Assembly: GCA_965603825.1 (NCBI GenBank)
Contig: CBFDEM010000043.1
Coordinates: 496,001-560,000, forward strand
Direction of reading: 5' to 3'
DNA from: Blepharisma stoltei ATCC 30299
Lineage: Eukaryota > Protista > Ciliophora
Length of the DNA: 64,000 bases
The notes under the pieces are model-generated. The model searched no databases. It had not been told where the DNA came from and was given only the letters and a program-made list of their open reading frames with translations. Below, in pieces: positions 41,471-51,399 of this stretch. Positions within the stretch are counted from its first letter, which is position 1. The number at the start of each line of letters is the position of its first letter. The translations under genes and the position numbers were made by a program.

Positions 41471-44400
41471 ATGACCACAATGGGCTTTTTGGTTTTTCTT
41501 CTTTTTTTCTTTGTCTGCTTCAGTGCAGAAACCAGTCCAAGTGTCTATTCTATACTTCCGCCTCAATACTCTCTATTTTTCGGTGAATCCGCTGGTTTAG
41601 AAATCAAAATGACTGAATCATTTTTATCAGGAGACCAAATTCAACAAAAATTCGGCATCTCTCTTTGGGTTAAACTACCTGAAGTGGCAAGTGGGCCAAT
41701 ATTTACAATCCGTCTACCTAAAGCTGAAGAAAATACAATGACAAGAGGTGGAATTTTTGTTAGTCTTTCCTATTTATTTCATGTTTTAAAACTGGAATGG
41801 CTTAGTGCTGATAGTTATGGTTTTTCACTATTAACTTTACCTTATGTATGTTTTATTTAGGAATCTTCTGAAAATTGAATATTTATAGGAATATCAGCTG
41901 GCTTTGAAAATAAGTCCTGCCTTTTTTACTACAATAATTTAGGCTCAGAATTTTATACATCAGGATTTTTCTATGTAGAAATTTCAATACCAGTAAACTC
42001 ATTTTTAATATTGGGAAAAAATATGTATATATGAGGAAGAATTGGCGATTTTAGGATCCATAATAATATTTACAATGAAGTTTCTGACTGAAAGCTGCAA
42101 TATTCCTCATCTTGTGCAGCAGTTAGTTGTACAAGTTTATTCCCAAGCATAGATTATGGAAAATGTGATCAATGGTGCGCTTCAGAAGCGGAAAGATTTT
42201 TTCCTTTGTTTGAGCCTGTTTTGTATTCAAATACTCCCTATTTGACAATAGATGATAAATTTTATACTTTTGATACCGCTTCTTGGATTTATTATGATAT
42301 AAGCCCATCATTATGAAACGATTTTTCAATTACAGGATGGTTTCAATTTGAGCCATGTCCATTGGGAGGTTTTACATTCTTAATGATATATAGCAAAAAA
42401 TTATTTAAGGTCTATATTGAGTTAGCTCTAAGCTCATCTTCTTCTGACTGTGATAAGCTGGAAGCAACAATATATAGCACTGATGGCACTAATCATGCAT
42501 ATGACTCAGTATCAATAACTAGTTCAAGCTATATTGGAAACTGGTTCTTTTTTGCTATCACTCTTAACTCTGGCTCTAAATTATTGACCCTTTATAGCCA
42601 AAACGGCATTAATCCACCGTCATCACTTTTTCCGCTAATTTCATCATCTGTTACTTACACTTATGCGGCTTTACCATTTGATAGTACTGATATGGATATA
42701 TATATCGGTGGTTTTAACGATACAATTTCTCCTGGAGACTATGCAGATTTTCGATTTTATCCAAGCAATTTTATAGATGCAACTTTACTGCAGTATAATA
42801 ACAATATATATAGCGCAGCTATTTATCTTGATCCACACTGCTTATTGTGGGCATCAATATGGTACTGTGATATGTGCGAAATTGGGTATTTTCTTAAAAA
42901 TGGAATTTGCCAAAGTAATTAATAAATAGAATGCCATTATTCATGCGCAGCATGCAGCTCTGGTGATACAGAATCTAATTGTTTAAGCTGTGCAAATGGA
43001 TATTTTGCTCAGCCTGGCAACCCCTCTATGTGCTTTGATTATTGTCCATTAGGCTATGCATGAGATTACTCTCTTAATCAGTGCAAAGGCACCCCAGGAA
43101 GCATTGGGAGCTTAAATTTTGATGATAAATTATTAGAAAATTTTGATATTTCTGCTTTAAATGCAAAATTTGGTAATTATATAGATTATTACCCAGATTT
43201 TGATTATATAGATCCTTATCCTGCTAATAAAAGAGGAATTTACTTCAAGGAATTTTCATATATAGCAATAGATAAAACTTACCAATCTGGCATATTTAGT
43301 TCTGATTTTACAATAGAAGTATGGGCCTTATCATTTTCTTCAGAAGGTATACTTTTCACAGCATTAAAATTTGGTGCAGTTCATAGCTTTTACGATAATA
43401 CTGTTCAAAAAAATTTTTATCTTATTGAATTTTTACGAATTTTTATAGAAAAAAGAGCTCTTAAATTTTCAATTACAAATAAAGAAAATAGCTCACAAGA
43501 ACTAGTTTTACCATCTGCAAATGCAAATACAAGAGAATGGGAACTTTTATCTTTTTCTTTGTCTTTTGATCATTTATCTAAAACAAGCAAAGTTATAATT
43601 TCAAGAAATAGAAATTACTACCAAGAAATTATCACAAGCTATTATAAAGAAGTAGTTAACATGACTTACCATATTGGTAATGATATCCAAGGAGGCTGTG
43701 GGTTTATTGGATATATGTACAGTTTTTCTATGTATAACTATGGAAAAAGCTATAGTGAAATCATAGCAGGTTTAGGCACTTGCACTTCTTGTTCTGCTTG
43801 TCCAGGAGTCTTAAATTCTTGCTTGCCAACTTGTGGTCAAGATGAGTATGTAGATGAGAATGGAAACTGTCAAAAATGTCTAAGTAAATGCTCATGAACA
43901 TGCTCCAGAGCTGATACTTGCAATCTTTGCTACGATGATTTATGCTATAAATGCACTACATATGAAATCGGGGCTTGCATACAGTGCATTGCTAATGCCA
44001 TTTTAATAGATGGAAAATGCAAATGCCAGGGCGGATATATTAAACAGGATAATGAGTGCGTAAATAAATGTGGAGATGGATTTTATCTCGATTTTAATGC
44101 TCAAAAATGCCTCAGCTGCTCTAACAATTGCCTTAGATGCAATGATGGAGATTCCTGCATTGTATGCAAAAGCAGTTTTACAAATAATAAAGGAAAATGT
44201 GCCTGCATGAATGGGTATTTTTTTGATTCTTCAAATAAATGCTTAAAATGTGACAGCTCATGCATGACTTGTTCAGGTATTTCTTCAAACTGTACTTCTT
44301 GCGTTCCAAGCTTGCCTATTCTCTATGGCTCAAATAAATGCTATCCTTGTGATTCGTTTGAAGGCTATTCTAATTATTTTGCAATTCCGGTCTCATATTT

Positions 44401-46240
44401 TTCTGAAGATTTATTGTCTCAATTAGCTTATAATTGTATTGAAATTTGTGGAGATGGAAGAAATATGGGGCAAGCTCAATGCGATGATGTAAATAATGCT
44501 AATGGAGATGGCTGCTCATCTAGCTGTGCAGTAGAAACTGGATGGTCTTGCTTTGGAGGAAGCTCAAACTCTCCTGATGTATGTAAGGATATAACCCCTC
44601 CTTTACCAATTCTTATGTATCTAAGTGAAGAGAGTAAATGCTACCTTCTTTCTTTATTATTCAGCGAGCCTGTAGTTTTTACTTCTGAAATCTCGAAAAA
44701 TATTGATATAGAAATCGAAAGTATATTAAAATTCAGCTGGTCGATAACTGAAAAAAATTCTTTATTTATCATCACTTTAAGTATGCATGAAAGTGTGTCT
44801 GCAGGAACTAGTGTAAAAGTTATATTTAAAAATCCAAGCTCGATAGCTGATTTCAATGGAAATGAAATGAAAGAGAGCTCAGTGTCTACAAATTTGCTTG
44901 AATCTTTTGCATATACAACTGGTCAAGCAATCAAATCTTCAGTTATAACCGCAACAACAATAACTGCTGCTAGTTCTGTTTTAGGATCTTTATCAGCAGG
45001 GATTTTTATGGGATCTTTTAATTTTCAAGCTTTTTGGAATATGATTGAAATAATGCAAATCCAAAATTATTTGATATTTTTATCCCCGGAATACCCAGAT
45101 AATCTTCTCTCGTATTTAGAAGCGCTTGGTGCTGCAAATGGGAATTTTTTACCAAATCCTTTCCAGCTTTACTTAGTAAAAAGTGATCCATTTTCAGATC
45201 CTCCACATAAATTTGTAGAACAAAATTTTAATACTGATTTTCTTATGAACTCTGGTCAATTTATATTAGCCTGAGCTATTATTTTGGCAGGACTTCCAAT
45301 TTCTTTGTTTTTATATAAGCTCTGTCCAAGATTCTCATTAATTAAAAAAATCAAAAAATTATATTTTTTTTCAATTTTACTCAGAATAGGAATTGAGTCT
45401 TTTCTCGAAATCACTCTTTCAGCATTTCTCCAATTAAGAGAATTTTCACAACCAAGCCAAGATATAGGGTATCTCTCTTTAACTTTGAGTGTTTTAATAA
45501 TAGTTTACCTTGCCTCAACCTTTGCGCTAATAATTTGGCAAGTTACTTTGAAATCTAAAGAAACACTCAATATGAAGATGCATGAACAACATTTTGGAAC
45601 CTTATATGAAGGATTTAAAAGAGATTCTAGACTTAAAGTCTCTTTTCTTATATTTCAAAACTCCCGAAGAGTGCTATTTGTTGTTTTCTGTGCATTTTTA
45701 TATGATTATGCAATTATACAAATGGCACTTTCGCTCATTTTATCATTTACATATACAAGTTTCCTAATTTTATTAAGACCATATCAAAATTTGTATTTAG
45801 GAAATGGCTTGCATATATCTTGCGAACTTTTTTATTTTATTTCACATTGCTTGATGTTAAAATTTTTAGATGATAAAATATCAGATGATTATCGTACAAA
45901 TATTGGCTGGGCTATAATATCATTATTGAGTATGTCCCTGCTGTTCCATATCATAGCAATACTTATAGTTCAAGCCACAAATTTAATAAGAGGAATAAAA
46001 CAATTTAAAGAATGATTCATGAAAAATTTTGCAAATAAATTTACAAAAGCCAGGAGAAGGATTATTTTATCAAGTCAAATATCATCCAAGCCTAAAGAGG
46101 ATGCTGAGGAGATAACTGTTAATATGGCTTATTTTGAAGGAAGAACGCCTGAAAACATAAATGACGAGAGAGTATATAGTCTTGGAAGCACAGATATCAA
46201 TACTAAAGGTCCTTTTTATATTAATACTGATTCGCAATAA
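41471..46240 (+). CDS. Copy 8, ~1579 aa; introns 41846-41860, 42915-42929
   Basis: All pieces share one frame with TGA=Trp; stop TAA 46238-46240. Confidence 0.87.
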
Positions 46241-46800
46241 TTTCGAAAGCAAATTATAATGATTTAATAATGGTTTTATTATAATTAATTTATCTTAGCA
46301 AATGTTTCATTCAGGATTTTTATAAGTTATTTTAAAAAATGGTAAATTTATCAGTAACTGAACTTACAGTTTCTTGGTCATTTATATAAAAGATTGGCTG
46401 ATTTTTCTCATAACTAGCGGAAACTCCAATAAACAACCAATTTTCGAAGGATTCTATATTAAATTAGACCTATTTAGCATTTAAAACTTTCTAATATAAA
46501 TTTTATAAAAATTGAGCTTTTGTTTGTCTCCGCAAGTATTAATTAATTCAATTACAGCAATTAGAACTTAAAGTCTGACCTTTCTTTAATCTGGAAAAAA
46601 TTATTTCTTCTGATATATTTTGAAGTCTGATCTGAATTTTAATTTTCTGATCTGCATTGAGTATGAATAAAATTAACAGATCATTTTCTGGTTCCAACAT
46701 ACAGCTTAATACAGAAGTCAATTTTTTAGAAATTTTTAATCTACTTGGTAAAGATGACACTTTATTTTCTATAAAAACAGATGACTATTTTAAGTAGAAT

Positions 46801-46858
46801 ATATAGGAATTGCCCGAGGATGGCGCAAGATAGCGCCATCCTCGGGCAATTGCTATAT
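46801..46858. repeat. GC-rich palindrome/hairpin: 19-bp perfect stem (46808-46826 / 46833-46851), 6-nt loop, extended by atatag/ctatat
   Basis: aattgcccgaggatggcgc-aagata-gcgccatcctcgggcaatt; 25 of 26 positions pair including the flanks. Confidence 0.95.
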
Positions 46859-46907
46859 TAAATATATAAAATTTCGAAATTATGTCTATTTATTCATCAT
46901 CTGAAAA

Positions 46908-47480
46908 ATGATTAGATTTATTAAGCGCAGCATGGTAAGAGTTTTAGTCGCAGTGACTAATGGTTCCGAAGAAATTGAATTGCTGACTCCTTTAGATTTA
47001 TTAAGAAGATGCCAAGCAGAAGTCGTCTTAGCTGCATCAGGAAATTCTCTTGAAGTAACTCTTGGAAAAGGCGTCAGAATCATTGCAGATGATCTGATCT
47101 CAAATGTAAGCAACCAAGATTTTGATATGATTGTCGTACCTGGAGGCCCTGGGACTGGAAACTTAAGGGATGATCCGATACTTATAGAGATGCTAAGAAG
47201 GCAAAAACAAAGCCAAAAATGGTATGCAGCAATTTGTGCTGCCCCTGCTCTTGTATTTGAAACCCATGGTTTATTAGAAGGAGAAGTTGGAACTTGCTAT
47301 CCAAGCTGTGAAAAACAGCTTCATAATAAGTCAAGGGTGCATGATAGAGTTGTGGTAAGCAATAAGTGCATTACAAGCAAAGGGCCTGGGACTGCTATGG
47401 AGTTTGCACTTAAACTTGTTGAGGCCTTGTATGGGCAAGAAAAAGCTGATGAGCTCTCGCATACAATTGTCTTTCGGTAA
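46908..47480 (+). CDS. PARK7: DJ-1/PfpI (ThiJ) family protein
   Basis: Motifs NGSEEIE, DMIVVPGG, AAICAAP (nucleophile Cys) and ITSKGPGTAMEFAL. The start may be the Met at 46932. Confidence 0.9.
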   Translation: MIRFIKRSMVRVLVAVTNGSEEIELLTPLDLLRRCQAEVVLAASGNSLEVTLGKGVRIIADDLISNVSNQDFDMIVVPGGPGTGNLRDDPILIEMLRRQKQSQKWYAAICAAPALVFETHGLLEGEVGTCYPSCEKQLHNKSRVHDRVVVSNKCITSKGPGTAMEFALKLVEALYGQEKADELSHTIVFR

Positions 47481-47882
47481 TTAATTAATGAAAGGATGCA
47501 TAATTTGTATGTTTTAAAGTATAATTTTCAAAATATTGCTTTGTAAGATCTTAAGCTTGATGCCACTTTATGTAGCAAAATGCAAATTCTAATTGGCTTA
47601 AGTGTTATAAAACTTATCTTAAAATATAAAATTTATAATTCCTCCTCATTTAAAGATAATGCTTATATTCTTTTCTTTATTAGGAAATCTATTAATTTTT
47701 CCTAAAACCGATATAAAATCATTTTTTCACAGTTTTCCTCAGCGTGTCCTAAATTTGTATTCTATTTCTCAAAAAATAAAATAATTCTTTATATCTCCTA
47801 CCTCTTAAGTGTTACTTATTATATCCCATTTTATAAAATGTTCATTATTAAATTTAAATAGTCCTAAAATAAAATCTAATTA

Positions 47883-48251
47883 ATGGACTCGAAAGATGAC
47901 TCTGTCACAAAATCTGAGCCAGAGATCTTAGTCCCACCAGACATTGCTAAAGAAATTTTAGCAGAAAGTTTTGAAGTTGAGGACGGCGAAAGTATAGAGG
48001 TTGACAGCTATGAATTCCCTTATGGAAAAATTATTCTTACTATTTCATTGAGTATAGCAGTCGTTTCATTAATTATTATAGGCATTGTAGCACAAGCCAA
48101 AGCAAAATTTATAGCAGAAGGTCTCCCTTACTGAATAATTGCGGGTATTTTATCAATTCCATTAGTTTTTTATTTCTTTAACTTATTCAGAGCATATAAC
48201 GCACATCCTCTGGAAAGAAAAAGAATTTTGAACGAAATCCCTGACATATAA
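47883..48251 (+). CDS. TMEM230/TMEM134-like two-TM protein
   Basis: Extends through TGA 48132-48134 (GLPY-W-IIAGILSIP) to TAA 48249-48251. Acidic N-terminus, two TM helices, C-terminal EIPDI. Confidence 0.65.
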
Positions 48252-48279
48252 TTAAGAGTATAATAATTCTTAATAAAGC

Positions 48280-49902
48280 TTAAATAGGAATATTTATTGC
48301 ATCTTCATCTTTAGCAATCACCATGTCAATAGCATCTCCATACGAGTATTTAATATACAAATAAGGCTTCACAGAGGCATCAACGCAAGGGTTATAAAAC
48401 CCAGGCAAAGTTGACTTTGTCGTGTTTGACAAATTCAGCTTGGAATTTTCTACTAAATGTTGTATAAGATACTTGACATCAAGAATTTCCTCACTGTTAT
48501 TTTCCTCATTTCTTCTTACTTTCTCAATTATGTCACTTTTACCATAGAATGCTTCTATAACTACTAATCCTTTTTTCGCTGCTTCTTCATCAGCCATCCT
48601 TTTTGCATTTGGAATTATACTTAAGAGCTCTTGCCTATGTAGGAACTTTTTTTCTTCAATTTCGCTTTCTTTCTCCTTTTTCAGCTGAGCTTTAGGATTT
48701 TTATAGAGAACGCTGTATATCTTTTTGGTCAAAAATGACCCAAATAGTACACATGCTGCACCAATCAGTCAGCCTTTGTAAGACATTGCGTGAGAAAGGT
48801 ACAGAGGGATTTCGAAGTTTATGTGCCCGCGCTTTATTTTTGTGACAAAAAGGACGTCTTCACCTTGAGTTTCGAGGCTATAGCCCATAGCTGTTTGTTT
48901 GCTGAGCTGTAAGAGGACGCCGAGTGATGTGTGTAATTTTAGAGAATTTTCTGGAGTGTTCATAACTAAATCAACCCCAGATTTAAGCACTGTCTGTTTA
49001 TTCAATTTATATGACCCTGAAACTCCAATTGACAAATCCGACTGATTTACATTTGATTTCAAACTAACTTTTTTCTTCTCCCCAAAATTTTTGTGTACTC
49101 CTGCTTCAAATGAATTTGTGAGTCCTTGCTGAAGCTTTAAATCGCTATAACAAGTATCAGAAATCCTCCTTTGTATCATAAGTGTCCCAAGCGCTCCTCC
49201 ATTAAGCACATTAACTTGCCCTACAATTGACATTTTTTCAAAATTTTTTGTAATTGAGACTGCGCAGGCATTTCTATCTCCTACTTGGACTTGTGCTTGT
49301 GCCACATAGTCTTTCCACCTCCACATAATATTCGGCATTATGGTGCTGAATCCAAACCCTCCTTTAGTATATATCATAAATCCTATATTCCCTGACACAT
49401 TTTCAGTAAAATCATATTTAACTGATTCCTGCAATTGTAAAGACTCCAGCCTTAATGAAGGCTTCACAGGGATTTCTTTTTGTTTATAATAAGTGTGATC
49501 TAACGAGTCTATATATTTAGCGCAAGTCAAAGCCATAATAGCTGAAGATTTTGGGTTTAACTCTGCCCTGATTTCTTGTTCTTTTAGAAGTTTAATCCAT
49601 CCTTTTAATTTCCTATCTAATTTATGCTGATCATCTAGTGTCTGTATCGCATAGTTTTTATTTTTCAATAAATCGACCCCAGCCTGCCCATATCGATCAT
49701 ATGCAAATCTTTTGGCTTGGTCTAAAAGGACATCTCTGGCTTCTAAAAGCTTATTAAAAGACTGTTGGGCATTTTCTCGCAAATGAACTGGCTGCTTGTC
49801 AGGGTGTGTTAGCAAACTGAGGTTTTGGAAGCTCTCTTTTATTTCGTCAGGAGTCGCGTCTGGGTGGACGCCAAGCAGTGAGTAGTAATCATCACTTGAC
49901 AT
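48280..49902 (-). CDS. DNAJC11: DnaJ subfamily C member 11-like (J-domain plus C-terminal DUF3395-type domain)
   Basis: HPDK J-domain; C-terminal GLVVIEAFYG..KSTLPGFYNPC..LYIKY. The two ORFs join in frame via TGA 48769-48771. Confidence 0.85.
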
Positions 49903-49944
49903 TTTTAGATAAAAATTAATAAAAATTATGCAAATAATAGTTAT

Positions 49945-51081
49945 TTAGGGACGGTATTCTAATTTTCTAGGACAGCTGTAGTTTTTGGTCTTTGGGTGTC
50001 ATCTATAGCTCTTCTGCTCAAATAAATTAACCTTATAAATCGGATTTCCTTTAGGATCAATAATCTCAAATTCGACTTTTCCTTGACGTCTGCCATCCTC
50101 TAGCTGAGCACTCATCCATGGTTCTACAGGCTCAAAAACAGAAAACCTGTTTTGGACAAGCCATCCTGTTAACCCTGGCTTCTCAGCAAATTTCTGTCTG
50201 GGCTGAATAGGGTTCGCAGCTTTTTCTTCTTCTTTAGCTTGGGCAAATTTTTTAGGCGCAACTACCCTTCCTTTTGGTGCAACTTTATTCTCAGGGACTG
50301 GCTGGACTACTGGCTTATTCTCAGGGACTGGCTGGACTACCGGCTGTGGTGGCTTAGTTTCTTCTAATGAAATGATTTTTTCTGCAGCAATTGATCCTCC
50401 TGTATTATTTAAAAGTTGTGAAAAAGTTGGGTCTGGATGTTCAGAGTATTTGTAATATGTAAACTGCGTTTCTAGGTTTGGCACATCATGAAGGTTTCTT
50501 AAATTTATTTTTGACTGCGCACTAAGCTCACTTCCATCACTATAAGCTCCTTGTAAATCTGTCATCAATGCATTTCTTTCCTCAAGTTTGATTTGTATGG
50601 CATTAATTCTTTGAGTTAAATTTTGCTCGTTAACCCTCTCACTTTCTTCAATCAAAGTGTTGAATTTTTTCTTTAGATTTTGCAAGGTAGTGATTAATAA
50701 GTCAATTTTATCATTTGAGTCATCTCGGCAGCGTCTATTGTAACCTTGAGCGGCATCATAATCATTTCTAAGTGTGGAGTCTGCTTTTTGAAGTGTGCTA
50801 AGCTGTTGCTGGATTGTTTCCATGTGATCTAAGATGTATTGCTTTGTGGAACTGCCTTTGGATTTTCCTGGGCTTGAAGGGATGAGTGCATAATTCACTG
50901 TTAATGTGTTGACATTGACGTTATTATGAGTGGTTCGACAAGTAGGGCATGCTATTGAGCCTGATCTGGCTAGCCCTGTAAGGCATTCGATGCATGCATT
51001 ATGCCCACATGGCATAATAAGTGGCTTACACTCAGAATTGTATTCTTCTAAGCAAATCGGACACTCAAAGCTTAATTCCAT
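49945..51081 (-). CDS. RING-finger protein with coiled coil and C-terminal WWE-like domain
   Basis: CPIC..PCGH..C..C..CPTC RING. Reads through TGA 49999-50001 to TAA 49945-49947. The C-terminal pattern W..FEPVEPWMSAQLE..G..YKVNL..R resembles WWE. Confidence 0.75.
50285..50344. repeat. 30-nt tandem duplication encoding PVVQPVPENK x2
   Basis: ttattctcagggactggctggactac(t/c)ggc repeated twice. Confidence 0.92.
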
Positions 51082-51399
51082 TTATATGAGTTATGAAGAT
51101 TTAGAGATATGTATCAGACAGTCGCAGTGCTCACTAATAGCAGTGTGTTGTTATCATCCTCTAGTAACGAATCCGGAAAGGATTACGCTACTGATGAACA
51201 TTTTATTTAGTCATCGAGAGCTTTAAGTATGGAAATTTCATATTTTATTATGGGACACATCTTAAAATTTAATTAATTTATAATAAAATTTTGAAGGAGC
51301 TAAAAGACTTGCTTTGTATAAAAGTTTATAAGAACTTTTCATATATTAACAATTAAAAGTCAAAATATCAATAATTAAATTCTTCAATAATTTTATTAA

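Noticed and set aside
4107-45767. Recurrent antisense or alternate-frame ORFs (MSIFMSIHLD.., MRMETAKSV.., MQEVQFE.., MISKNDS.., MENVANG..)
   Set aside because: They are shadows of the duplicated coding sequence and recur only because the parent genes are paralogs.
1922-46240. Reading the many short ORFs as separate genes or as mass pseudogenization
   Set aside because: Pieces of each copy share one frame and are separated only by TGA (Trp) or 15-nt introns.
1922-46240. TGA as selenocysteine or cysteine in Cys-rich proteins
   Set aside because: TGA alternates with TGG in paralogs and falls at Trp motif positions, not in the Cys pattern.
46801-46858. Rho-independent terminator or tRNA
   Set aside because: Eukaryotic context, no U-tract, located upstream of a gene, and no cloverleaf.
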